Assembly (NCBI RefSeq): GCF_964213995.1
Contig: NW_027590159.1
Coordinates: 124,001-188,000 of the forward strand
DNA from: Mustelus asterias
Taxonomy: Eukaryota
Direction of reading: 5' to 3'
DNA: 64,000 bases
Shown here: piece after piece, positions 52,452 through 64,000 of the stretch
How the letters are laid out: the number at the start of each line of letters is the position of its first letter
How positions within the stretch are numbered: the first letter of the stretch is position 1
Notes under the pieces: model-generated
What the model was told of the DNA's origin: nothing
The model's input: only the letters and a program-made list of their open reading frames with translations
Databases searched by the model: none
Translations under genes and position numbers: made by a program

Positions 52452-53450
52452 TGTTGAGAGTCGGCGGGATATTGAAATGTTCAGAATAATATAATAATTT
52501 AACCAGGCAATATTAGGTCAGAGAGGACAGTCAACCCTCATTGACTGTCTCTCTCCTGATGCATGCATTAGCAAATAAATTCATTTTCGTTCTTTAACTA
52601 TATACTGTCTTTTGCAGTCTGTGTATTGAGTGAGGTTCAACAAGTACAGAGCACCTCAGGGGATACCTGAGAAAAATCCTCTTACAATTTGGCGCTGCGA
52701 CAGCAGGGTACTCACCGGTGACCGCTGGCAGGACGTGTTCCCAAAAGGAGGGTGAGTACTTTGTTTAAATACCACCAGTTAGGGTGCTCTGCGTCTGGCA
52801 GCCGTAAGCTGTAAGTTGAGTATCTCGGACTGGGGGAGAGGTGCAAAAGTGGTGTGTATGTAAAGAGCCCACACTTAACGTAGAGGGGCCAGGGACGGAC
52901 TCTCGGATCTCCGACGGAGTGGAACGAAAAGCCGCGTAGTAGAAGGGGAGTTTGCAGAGATGCTATGCTTAAACATAGGGTGCCGGGGATGGACTCTCGG
53001 ACACTCCTATGCAGCGGAGCTGAAATTGCCATGTAGCTACAGAAGCATCAAGTGGCTAGACCGTGTGTACAGACGGCGGGTGGCTCGGGCGCAAGGAACT
53101 CACAGGGAGGGGTTCCAGAGGAAGGGACAAGGCCGTGTGAGAGAACCGGCAGGGAGAGGTCCCAGGAGCACAGGTCTCCTGTGAGACACTTGTGTGAGAG
53201 AGAGAAACAGGTTAAATTGGTTGGTCTCAAGCATCCTGGACCAAAGCGGGGAGTAAAGAGTTAAAAGCAGCACGGACTTTCTGTGTTTGGCACAGAGAGA
53301 GAGAGAGGATGTAATTGTGCGATTCATGGTCATTTTCAAGAATAGGAATCCGACAGAGATTTGAGCTCTGCCATGTTGGGAAAGGAAAATCAATTTCAAG
53401 ATGGGTGTTTTGTTACGTCTGAAAAGTTGTAAGGAGAGTTAACTATTTTG
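52452..53450 (+). mobile_element. LTR retroelement remnant: 5' LTR (~52452-52686), PBS (52690-52707), leader
   Basis: TG...CA with AATAAA at ~52575, then att-TGGCGCTGCGACAGCAGG, near-complementary to a tRNA-Ser 3' end. LTR 5' edge uncertain. Confidence 0.55.
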
Positions 53451-53489
53451 GCACACAGTTGATTTGATTTTGCATTTGCCTTTGTTGGT

Positions 53490-54860
53490 TACGGAGGCAA
53501 ATGCCTTCTGGAAATCCAGATACACCACATCCACAGGTTCCCCATTGTCCACTTTGCACGTAATGTTCTCAAAGCATTCTACCAAATTAGTCAAACATGA
53601 CCTGCCTTTCATGAACCCATGCTGCAACTTACCAATGGGACAATTTCTATCCAGATGTCTCGCTATTTCTTCCTTGATGATAGATTCAAGCATTTTCCCT
53701 ACTACAGAAGTTAAGCTAACCGGCCTATTGTTACCTGCCTTTTGTTTACCTCCTCCTTTAAACAGTGGCATCACATTTGCTCTTTTCCAACCTGCGGAAA
53801 CCACCCCAGAATCCACCGAATTTTGGTAAATTACCACTCGTGCATTTGCTCTTCCTCCCACCATCTCCTTTAGTCCCCTGGGCTGCATTCCATCAGGGCC
53901 AGGAGACTTGTCTACCTTTAGCCCCCATTAGCTTGACCAACACTATCTCTTCCGTGATAATGTTAGTTTCTATGTCCTCACCTGCCATAGCCTTCATGTC
54001 ATCAATTTTTGACATGCTTTTTGTGTCTTCCACTGTGAAGACCGACACTAAACACCTGTTCAAATCCTCAGCCATTTCCTCATTTCATGGTCTGACCAAT
54101 TGACATGTAGATTAAAATCGCTCATGATAATTGCTGTACCAGTTTTATATGCATCAGTTGATTATTTCTCGCCCTACCATGATGTTATAATTTGATGGCC
54201 TATAGAGTACGCCTATCAGTGACCTTTTTCTCCTTACCTTTTCTAATTTCCACCCAAATGGATTCAACCTTTTTTCCATGGAACCTATATCATCTCTCAT
54301 TACCGCCCTGATGTCATCCTTAAATATCAGAGCCACACTACCTCTGTTAACTTCCTGTCTGTCCCTCCAAACAGCCTGATACCCCTGGATATTTAATTCT
54401 CAGTCATTCCCATCCAGCAATCATGTCTCCTTCCTCTTAACTTTTTTCCCTGATTTCCGATGTAGTTGGAACCTTCTCTCCACATGCTAACCTGCTGCTT
54501 TCTTTCTGTTGACCGTTATATTTCCCGTAGTTTTACTCTTCCCTTCCCCCCAAGTTGTTAGTTTGAAGTCCTTGTGACGACCGAATTTATCCATTTCGCG
54601 AGAAAACTTGTCCCAGATCGGTTCAGGTGAAGACACTCCCAACGGTACAGATCTCTCCTGTTCCAATACTGATGCCAATACCTCATGAATTGGAACCTCT
54701 CTTTCCCGCACCATTCCTTTAGTAACGTGTTAACTTCCGGAATTCTCTCAATCCTATGCCAATTTGCATGTGGCTCGGGTCGGAATCCTGAGATTATTAA
54801 CCTTGAGGACCTGTTCTTTAATTTAATTCCAAGTGCTTGATAGTCCCCAAACAGGTCCTA
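53490..54860 (-). mobile_element. CR1-type LINE ORF2 (EN/tether/RT) fragment
   Basis: RPVSLTS, QHGF, YLDFQKAF and GVLYRP motifs. Confidence 0.85.
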
Positions 54861-56125
54861 TGGTTCTATGTCACACTTGTGAAGTGTATATTTTACATAA
54901 CTTGTCTCTTAGCCAGCAAAATACTCTGACTAAATAGACCCATTGATCAAAGTGACCTCGAAATGGAGAGTGAAGATGGGGAATAATTTACACATGCAAC
55001 GAAATATCAGCAAAGACTAAAGGTGGGTTGTTAACTAAGCATCAATGCATTTTTAATATAGTTGCAAGTTAAAAACCAACTGCGGCTCAGCTGTTCTTGA
55101 GTGTTGTGTTTTGTTTTGATTTTTTTATGATTCGGTGACACTCGTTGTTGAGACTGAATTGTTGTTTCTGTTTATCAGTGTGAGCGCGCCCTCTGCTGAT
55201 CATTAACTGGAACTCCCAGTCTGGGGTCACTGTGCGTGGTTCGCTAAATCTCTGTGGGCTCCATGACACAGAAATACACGACGGTGTCAGAAAGAAGAGC
55301 TCTAGTGACATTTAAAGGAAAAGTGTTGTTCCCTTTGTGTAAATTAGCCGACAATCTATCTGGGAAATGTGGAGTCATATCGGTATTGCCAAGCTACGTG
55401 TCTTCATCAATAATCTCAGAGCTTGCCGGGGATACTGGATGTACCTGTACAGAGTTTGAAGAGCAGCAGTCGGGTATTTAAAGTCCAATGTTATGTTCTG
55501 TCCTTCCAGAAACCTGAATTCAGATCGATCTTCAAACACTTAATCTTTAGCAATTGTCCCTGTCCTATTCCTGCTTCTAGTTTCTATGTTTCCATGTACT
55601 AAACATCCAAAAGCAAGAAGAAAATTCAGAGGTTTTGAGGGAGAGCATTTCAGAGATGAAATACTCAAAAACTAGACATAATCGCGAGACATTAATATCA
55701 AAGATGCTCAGTAGAGCAGGATTGTAGATACGCTGAGGGAAGGGGTGAGACAGTGAAGGTGATTGACAATTCAAAGGATCAGAATATTAAAACGAAGACG
55801 TTGCCGGACTGGGAGCCAATGCACATCAGCGAGTAGGGGCTTAATATGGGCTTGAATAAAGGCAGTGGGACCAAATGTTTCGGATAATCTTCCGCTGCAC
55901 AGTGAGCCCCTTGGATTGATTCAGGAACCAGAGAGCATTGTGTGTGATGGGGACTGATTGGAATGGTGACTATATTGACACGTTTCATCCACCAGTGGGT
56001 ATAGAACAAACACCAATAGCTTTGGAAGATTTGTAATCTGGAGCTGGCAAAGGGAATTGTCAGCAAGTATTCAGATTAGATGGGGCAGTAGCTGGTGTTT
56101 GGAGTTTGCGCGGTGATATCTCTCC

Positions 56126-56440
56126 ATGTTTTTATCGCTCACAGCCAACATGTTGGTGATTATAATCGTATCCCGAGGACGTTACGGAATCTCCCGGTGC
56201 ATCACCTACTACCTGGTGCCGATGGCGATGAGCAATTTCCCGATCATCATCATTGCCGTCACCCTCAACCATGTCGGCCGCATCTACTTTTCTAACAATG
56301 TTCTGTCCACCACCCTGACGAGTGCAGTGGGCATCATACTGGTCTTTGCAACACAGGATGGTTCAGTTTGGCTGACGGTAGCTTTCACTATCGACTGTTC
56401 TGTGATCATCTGCTTCCAGAGCCTGAAGACCAGATGCTTC
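56126..56440 (+). pseudogene. Class A GPCR fragment, GPR139/GPR142-like (TM1-TM3)
   Basis: ANMLVIIIVSRGRYGISRCITYYLVPMAM..SVWLTVAFTIDCSVIIC..LK; TM2 Asp and DRF motif mutated, truncated after TM3. Confidence 0.7.
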
Positions 56441-56629
56441 ATTATACTCCATTGTGTCAGGCTATGAGGCAGCACAGTCCTGCTCTGTAATGGAAACCCA
56501 TATGTGAACGTAACGGATTAATAATTGAATAAAGTCAGCAACGTGTTCCCGCTGACTGTTTCGTCAATTGCTTCTGCCACTTAATATGAAAAGGCAGATG
56601 TAGAGGTGTCTTTACACAAATGTGATTTA

Positions 56630-57375
56630 TACAGTAAATGGCAGAACCCTTAAGAATATTGATAGGCAGAGGAATCTGGGTGCACAGGTACACAGGTCAC
56701 TGAAAGTGGCAACGCAGGTGGAGAATGTAGTCAAGAAGGCATAAAGCATGATTGTCTTCATTGTCCGGGCCATTGAGTTTAAAAATTGGCAAGTCATATT
56801 GCAGCTTTATAGGACCTTAGTTAGGCCGCACTTGGAATATAGTATTCAATTCTGGTCGCCACGATGCCAGAAGGATATGGGGGCTTTGAAGAGGGTGCAG
56901 AAAAGATTTACCAGGATGTTGCCTGATACGAAGGGCATTAGCTATGAGGACACGTTGGAAAAACTTGGTTTAATCTCACTAGAACGACGGATGTTGAGGA
57001 GCGAACTGGTAGAAGTCGACAAGATTATGAGGAGCATGGACAGAGTGGATAGTCAGAAGCTTTCTCCCAGGGTGGAAGAGTCAATTAGTAGGGGGCATCG
57101 GTTTAAAGCGCGAGGGGCAAAGTGTAAAGGAGATGTACGAGGCAAGTTTTTTACACAGAGGGTTGTGGGTGCCTGGAACTTGCTACCGGGAGGTACTGGA
57201 AGCAGATACGATCGTGACTTTTTAGGGGCTTGTCAAATACATGAATAGAATGGGAATAGAGGGATATAGTCCCCGGAAGGGTAGGGGGTTTTAGTTCATT
57301 CTGGCAGCATGGTCGGTGCAGGCTTGGATGGCCGAAGGGCCTGTTCCTGTGCTGTAATTTTCTTTGTTCTTTGTT
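56630..57375 (+). mobile_element. CR1-type LINE 3' fragment
   Basis: ORF 56748-57248 motifs; ttctttg tail. Confidence 0.9.
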
Positions 57376-58093
57376 TTTTGGGACACTGGATAGCGCAGCG
57401 GCACCTTCACTGAAGTGTCGTCGGGTTGATCAAAATCCAAACAGGATTGATTACAAAGCCCTATCGGTTGAAAGGAGCGTCGTGAGTGAGGGAGCGTTCG
57501 GATTGGAAAATCGAGTGATAAGGTTATGCCGTGGAGCTAAGCATGTAGCAACTTCTAAGTCATTTAATTTGTCATTCAAGATTTATTTAAAATTTCACAG
57601 AGAACATTTTACAATAAGATACAGTTTAAAGTTGACCCCAGGTGAATACACAAACTGAGCGTCACAGTGAGAACATAACATTGTCGCCTAAACTGACAAT
57701 TGTCTATAACTGTAATTAACTAAAGAAAGAAACAACACTTTGCACTGTATGCTAATACTTGTGACAACAATAAATCAAATCAAATCAAGAAATCAGGGCC
57801 TCCACATAAAAGGCGGTGAATAATTCTCAATAAGAAATAACCACTAACTTACACATTAATTTGAACAATGGTGAAACTCCAAAATACAATTATATTGTCG
57901 ACACGATTATCTCATTCATTTTAAACAGAAACAAAAACGAAATCCAGCTTATATTCTATCTCAGTTATGGATTCGAATCTGTCCGCTGAAGGCACATTAA
58001 CTTTGAGGATCACAATGATAACGTATTTTTATTCCACAGCACCACACTGTGAGCGGACAGATGGGCGAAAACCACAAGATTTCCTAAATTCAA

Positions 58094-58102
58094 TCACCCG
58101 AC
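58094..58102 (-). CDS. IGHM: IgM membrane exon TM2 (VG*)
   Basis: Acceptor tttatttctcttttgcag|GTC GGG TGA; AATAAA at ~58028-58033. Confidence 0.7.
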   Translation of the reverse strand, partial: VG

Positions 58103-58244
58103 CTGCAAAAGAGAAATAAAATAATTCAACAACCATTTTATGTGTTTGAGACATTTATCTAAAGGCTCTTCTAAATTGAGACTTCTGGATATTTTTCAAA
58201 CCTCTCCTATCTGATTCAGATGTGGGTGGATTGAATCATCTCAC

Positions 58245-58369
58245 CTTCACCAGAGTGACGGCAGCGCTGTAGGACATGCTCAGGAAGAACAGGACTATGA
58301 ATGTCGAAGCAGTTGTCCAGATATTGCTGTTATCATCCTGGTCTTCAATCCAGGTGGATTCTGCGGAAT
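58245..58369 (-). CDS. IGHM: IgM membrane exon TM1
   Basis: ccgtag|AT acceptor (phase 1); DSAESTWIEDQDDNSNIWTTASTFIVLFFLSMSYSAAVTLVK with the CART motif; AAG|GTGAGA donor. Confidence 0.92.
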
Positions 58370-58554
58370 CTACGGGGAGAGGGAATACTTTCAGATTTTT
58401 TTTCTCGTCATGGATATTATTTTGGTTATTCATTTTCCCTTCTTAAGGTATTATTTTGTCCTCTGATATACTTTTCAAAGCCTATGTGTTATTAACTTAA
58501 ACGCTTAATAAAATTGTCAATGCATATATTATTAAATTAATCTCTCTCAGTAAT

Positions 58555-60003
58555 ATAATCTACAATTATATAGGACGTTGGTGGGTCCGCACCTGGAGTA
58601 TTGTGTGCAGCTTTGGTGTTCTTATCTGACGAACAATGTCCTTGCTATAGAGAGAGTAAAGCGAAATTTTACAAGGCTGATTGCTGGGATGCAGTTCTGT
58701 CATATGAGGAGAAATTAAGTCGGTTAAGATTATATTCACCGGAGTTTAGAAGAATGAGAGGGGATCTCATAGCAACTTATCAAATTCTAACAGAGTTAGA
58801 CAGGGTAGATTCAGAAAGGATGGTGGATAAGTCCAGAACCAGCGGTCATGGCTTGAGGATAAGAGGTAAACCTTTTTGAACTGAGGTGAGGAGAAATTTC
58901 TTCACCCAGAAGATGGTGAATGTATGGAATTCACTACCACAGAAAATAGTTGAGGACAAAACAAGGTATGAATTCAAGCCCTTAGGGCTAAACGGACCAA
59001 GGTATATGGGGTGGGGCGAGAATCAGGATATTGAATTGGTTGATCAGCCATTTTCAAAATGAATGGCGGAGCAGCTCGAAGGCGTACTCCCGTTTCTAGT
59101 TTCTGTGTTACAAATTCCGCACCCGTCCTTCCAATATGTTCCTCATACTGGATTTGAACATATGTATTTGAACATATATTTTATTATTTAATCTTAGGCG
59201 ATCGTTTAGTCTTGTTTAATTTTGTACCAACTATCAGTAACTAATATTATGAAGACCAAACGACTGAAGATAACTGACGCGGACTGAGCAACTTGGGTCT
59301 ACATTCTCTTTAGTTTAGAAGAATGAGAGGCGATAACATTGAGACAAAATAATCCGAATGGGTTTCACAAGTTGGACACTGAGATGCTGTTACCTCTGAA
59401 TGGGGAATTTAAAATAACGGGCGTTTGAATAGGTGTGCTCTCGTTTCGGGCTGAGATGAGGAGACATTCCTTCACTTAGGGATATGACTCTTCTGAGTGG
59501 CCTGCCCTAGAGGACTGTGGATGCCCCATCATTGAATATTTTTAAGGCTGGGGCAGATATAGTTTTGGTTTATCGGGTAATAAAGGATATGAGAAGTAAG
59601 TGGGAACTGGAATAAGAGGCAATATCAGACATCAGCTATTTGAATATTGAAGTAACGCACATTGGACATCTGGTCAAGTCGTAGAATTATGGAATTACTA
59701 CAGTGCTGAAGAGGCCATTCGGTCCAGCGAGTCTTCACCGACATTGGACCCTATCTCCAAAACTGCACAATAGTCCCATGGCTAATCCACATACCCTACA
59801 CATCTTGGGACGCCAAGGGGCAATTTGGCATGGCCAATCTAATTAACCTGTACATTTTTGGACTGTGGGATTAAACGGGAGCTCCTGGAGGAAACCCATG
59901 CAGGCGCGCAAACTCCGCACAGGCAGTCACCCAAGAGTCGAATTCAACTTGGGTCCCTGGAGCTGTGAGGCAGCAATGCTAATGATTGAGCCACCAAGCT
60001 GCC
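58555..60003. mobile_element. Old CR1 fragments (+) and an HE1-like SINE (-, ~59690-60003) in the CH4-TM1 intron
   Basis: ORF 58601-58879 CR1 motifs; SINE body. Confidence 0.75.
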
Positions 60004-62159
60004 CTGATACTATTTATTTTGCTCTTCGAATCGTCCTGGATGATTTTAGAGATAACTTCAGACAGTTATTCATTGAGGTACTGTAAATGATGATCGATAA
60101 CAGATGGAAAGAATTATACTCTTTGTTTGTTTGGATTTGGCAGTTAATTTATTCACGTCAGTTTCGAAAGGAGAACATGGTTTTAGGATTTGATACAGCA
60201 GCACGGACCCCTTAGTAAAAACAACTGAATTTTAATTTTCCTGAAAGCCTTCCATTTTTGTTTGTGCTTTAGCCTCTGTATATGTGCACATGGGGATGTA
60301 CTGATCTGTTTTAATCTTTGTTTGTGTGCCCCTGTGTGTGAGAATGTGTTACGTTACCGTGGTGTCGATATAAATATATTTGAAAGAGATATGTTGAAGT
60401 TTTTTGTCTTGTAGTCAGAGGACAGTGGCACAAACATCAAACGCAAATGGAGCAATAATTGATACTTCACGAGAAAACAGTACATGTTGGTTGACAAGTG
60501 GACTGTGATTAGTGGAGACATTCCATGATGAATGTACCAGTTAAACGTTGACTGACAGTTAACTGCCAAGCTTTGTTTAAGTTCAGAGCAGACACATTCA
60601 CAGTAATTGGTAAAGTTATTGCCCTGAGAAAGGAATCAGATCTTGGCTGTCTCCTATTTTGTTCAGATGATACAAGCACAATGTCTGTACGTGTTATTTA
60701 TCTCTGCAAAGAATAGGGTGCTGTGCTTTAATGCATGCAGCTTCTCGCACAGTTAGATGCATTGCATTCGCCACTCTCTCCCTAAGAATTATAAATTGCT
60801 GTTCCCATGATAGTTGTTATTCCTGTGAAGAGCCTGGGGAATGCAAGATGAAAAGCTTAAACATATTTCTTTTTTCAGCGATATTCAATTTCTGTTCTAA
60901 CACATATAAAAGTTAAAGTATGTTTATATGGAAATTAAGGCTATCATGTGGATATATTGACCATCATGAATGTGTGTATTTTCGTGTTTATCCATCTCTA
61001 TGAATTAATGTGTGTGTTAATGTGCCTGCTTCTGTGTGTACCCCTTTTCACTGTGAGGGAGTGAATATTTATTGGTGTGTTTATGTGATGGGTCAGAGAA
61101 TCCGTTGACCTGTGTTTATGGAAGGATGTTAGAGTTTGTTAATGCATGTGTATGAGTGGTCACCCGTGTCAATGTTTATGATAGTCTTAATTGGAATGCT
61201 TTAGTTTTAATTTGCGAGGGGGCATGGGTTGTTAATGTTTATGTTTGTATTTTCTTCTGGTCTGTGCTGTGTTTGTGGAGATGTATATGTGCGTGTTTAT
61301 CTCTGTTTCTGTGTGTCTGACAGTACGTGAACATCATTATTATTGCTCCAAGTTTTACTAAATAAACCGAACCGGAACTGTCCCTGTCAGACGATATTAA
61401 TGGAATATTCGCCTCTTTCTGGGAATTCATGTGGTGTAATGTGAGCTGCAATGTGACAACAAGCTGAATGAAAGAAGCATTTCAATCAGCAGTCCTCAGA
61501 ACATCAGGGATAGAACGGGGAAAAGCCAGAAGAATTCAAACACCAGTGAAGTTTTGGGCTGTTAGTATTTAATACATCATACCATGAGAGACTTTGAACC
61601 AATATAAACTGAGTCCTTAGAAATAGGGAGCGGTGCCTTTCCACTCTGTCTCCTTGGCGAGGCGGAGTATAATGGGTTAACCATCGCCCTTTCCCTTCTC
61701 TCTGTTGGCACAGTGAGTTTAATGGGTTAGCAATTGCTCTTTTCCCCCTCTGTCGGGTAGGTGAGTGGGGACAGTGAGTTAAAAAATCAATTTTCTCGCC
61801 TCTCTATCAGGCGAGTTGATGGAGGATTGATTGAACAGCCTAGTGCCCTATCTGCGACTGGGGATGAGAGTTTCCGTTGTTATTCTTGTGTCGCTCTGAC
61901 TCCAGTCCCCACTGGGTGCGATTCTGCAACGAAGAAATGATCAAAACTTTGATGGGATTGACGAGTCGTCTATATTTAAAAGTGAATCATTTGTTGCTCG
62001 GAATTAGAACGTTTTCGCATCAACCAGTAACTGGATGAAATTTGCTGAACTTACTCAGGGTAATCACTGAATTAATTAGCGCCAATCCACCTTAATTCTG
62101 TACTCTATCTCAATTTGGAGCGCTGGATCTCTAAGATTGAGGTTTATTTTTTATGGCTT

Positions 62160-62448
62160 TTTTTTATTAGTGTCACAGTAGGCTTACGGTAACACTGTGA
62201 AAAATTTACTGTGTAAATTCCCTAGTCGCTACATACCGTTGCCTGTTCGGGTACACTGGGGAAGAACCTAGCGTGGCCAATGCATCTAAAAAGCACGTCT
62301 TTCAAACTATGGAAGGAAACCGAAACAGTCAGAGGAAACCCACGAAGACACGGGGAGAATGTGTAAACTCCACACAGATAGTCACCCAAGCCAGGAATCC
62401 AACCTAGGTCCTTGGTGTTGTGAAGTAGTAATGCTAACCACTGTGCCA
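62160..62448 (-). mobile_element. tRNA-derived SINE
   Basis: Reverse strand tggcacagtggttagcatt head. Confidence 0.7.
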
Positions 62449-62610
62449 TAGGGAGGCAAGACACTGGTAAGTATCTGCTGTCGGAGGAGCATTTATGCCC
62501 ATAGCAAACAGAGGAATCAAAATGAATTAGCAGGTTGGATGTTTAACTCATAAGCAGATGAAAAAAGCTTTATTATTTTTCTTGCAGCTCGAAATATAAC
62601 CAATAAATTC

Positions 62611-63002
62611 TCATTGACATGAACTAACGGGGTCCACCAGTACAGGAGAAATGTTCACAAAACTGGGTTTACCGCTGGATTTGTCAACTGTTTTGTTGAT
62701 GATCTTCAAGGGGAGTGCTTCATGTCCCACCACGCAGGAGTAAGAAGTGCCGCTGGCCCACTCCTTCGCTGCAATGGATAACAGGCTGTACATGAAGAAG
62801 GAGCCATTCCCGTTCTCCGCCACCACCTCAGTGTTCCTGTAGTTCCCGGGATTCACGGGCTTGTCATTGACGGTCCACTTGACGAAGACCTCTCGGGGGG
62901 AGAAACCTCTCACTAAGCAGCTGAGGGAGACGAATTTCTGAGCGGATATTTGTTCTGCCGAGGGCAGGAGGACAGAGACGGACGGTTCCCGTGGATTTGG
63001 AT
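62611..63002 (-). CDS. IGHM: IgM heavy chain CH4 exon plus secretory tailpiece
   Basis: ttctgcag|AT acceptor; [51 protein letters not shown]; internal donor AGCG|GTAAA at 62673/62672; AATAAA at 62569-62574. Confidence 0.95.
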
Positions 63003-63480
63003 CTGCAGAAAATGTACAATAAATGTTACTAAACTGGAGAATTCTGTAGACAATGAAACGCTGGTTTGATATCAGAAAATTGTGCTTCGCTTTCGAATTT
63101 AAATGTTTCCACTTTTGATTTCCAGCTTGGAGGAGAGGGGAACACAATCGCTTTCTCAAATAACTCAGGGGGTTAGACTGGAAAGTTTCAGAAAGATTAC
63201 AACATAGAAACAGGATATTCGGCCCAACTGTTCTGCGTTGGTTTTTGTGCACGACATCAGGCTCCTCCATCCTTATTCGATCATAAACCAATACCATTCT
63301 CTTCAGATCACTTTTCATTAATCAACATCCCACGTAAAAATATCTACAGGTCCAGAGCGTTTAGTTCGTGGAGTTACCACTCAGAGGAGTGGTAATGCAC
63401 TGAATACTAACTATTGACCATTACACTTACAGTGGAAATAGACACAGTAACGCATTTATTGCTTCAATCTCCCAGCTCAC

Positions 63481-63789
63481 CTGTTTCCTTGTGGATGGAT
63501 TTTCTTAAAGGAGTCGGCAGATCCTGATGGCTCACCACGCAGTCAAACACAGCCCCACTCAGCCAGGCTTGTGTCGAGATGTTTAAGTTGCTGACCACGC
63601 TTTCAGGATCCTCTCCAGGCTTGTCTGCAATCTCTGATTTCAAATAATTCCTGTCTCGGATCCAGGACACGTTGACTCCATAAGGATAATTGAAAATGAT
63701 GCAGGTTAAGGTCACAGTCGCCTCCAGTAAGACTTGTTCTATTGGTGGTGGTTGTATTGTAATTGTGGAATCCGGGCAGTGGGAAGGAC
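63481..63789 (-). CDS. IGHM: IgM heavy chain CH3 exon (309 bp)
   Basis: ttcacag|GT acceptor; [42 protein letters not shown]; CAG|GTGAGC donor; phase 1 at both ends. Confidence 0.95.
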
Positions 63790-64000
63790 CTGTGAATGAA
63801 AAATGAAAACCAACTCGAGTTCTCCTTCAGAAGCAGGACAGCAATATTCAGCCTAAAGGAGAAGAAGTCGCCTTCGAGTTATCAAACTCTAACTATCGCC
63901 TTTCAACTTCTATGGTGAATGGAAAACCAGGTTGCTCTGTGAAAGTATTCTCTTTATTAAAGTATTGTAGCAGCGGTATCATTCTCATGAATCAGCATTG

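Noticed and set aside
54762-54769. Octamer ATTTGCAT as an Ig 3' enhancer
   Set aside because: Lies inside a LINE fragment; expected by chance.
57660-61720. CACAGTG/CACTGTG heptamers as recombination signal sequences
   Set aside because: No nonamer at 12/22-23 spacing, and they lie 3' of the constant exons.
62611-63789. IgNAR or IgW identity for the Ig exons
   Set aside because: CH3 ([13 protein letters not shown]), CH4 and the [11 protein letters not shown] tail match shark IgM as I recall it. Whether CH2 is present cannot be seen in this window.

Overview
Eukaryotic, repeat-rich window with assembly gaps (N runs), almost certainly from a cartilaginous fish (shark), judged from the IgM protein sequence and the repeat families. 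Left to right: (1) 1-15.7 kb is a ~9.3-kb-period segmental duplication made of CR1-type LINE debris, a ~69-bp satellite and (TC)n/(AC)n arrays. (2) 17-25.6 kb holds a head-to-head pair of C2H2 zinc-finger genes on a bidirectional CpG promoter (one intact 6-finger ORF, one cut after finger 1) plus a third, orphan ZNF-type promoter/first exon. (3) At that exon's splice donor sits a 3.9-kb composite insertion: a polyA-ended element with a duplicated, highly structured 3' region, then a tRNA-Val pseudogene, then a deleted Tx1-clade LINE. (4) 27.5-48.5 kb is a tRNA gene/pseudogene cluster (Gln, Leu and Glu near-intact; many decayed) with Penelope-type hammerhead-ribozyme elements. (5) A hAT/Buster transposon, an LTR+PBS remnant and a GPR139/142-like GPCR pseudogene fragment follow. 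(6) The minus strand ends with the 3' half of an IgM heavy-chain gene (CH3, CH4+secretory tail, TM1, TM2). The best novelty candidates are the array of GAA/AGUA internal-loop hairpins (26.3-27.2 kb), the repeated CCAACATCTG-like junction motif suggesting site-specific retrotransposition into ZNF exon 1, an intact minimal hammerhead inserted into a tRNA-Asn gene, and a proline-substituted IgM tailpiece. All calls are by eye; no searches or folding were run, and family names rest on recalled consensus sequences.
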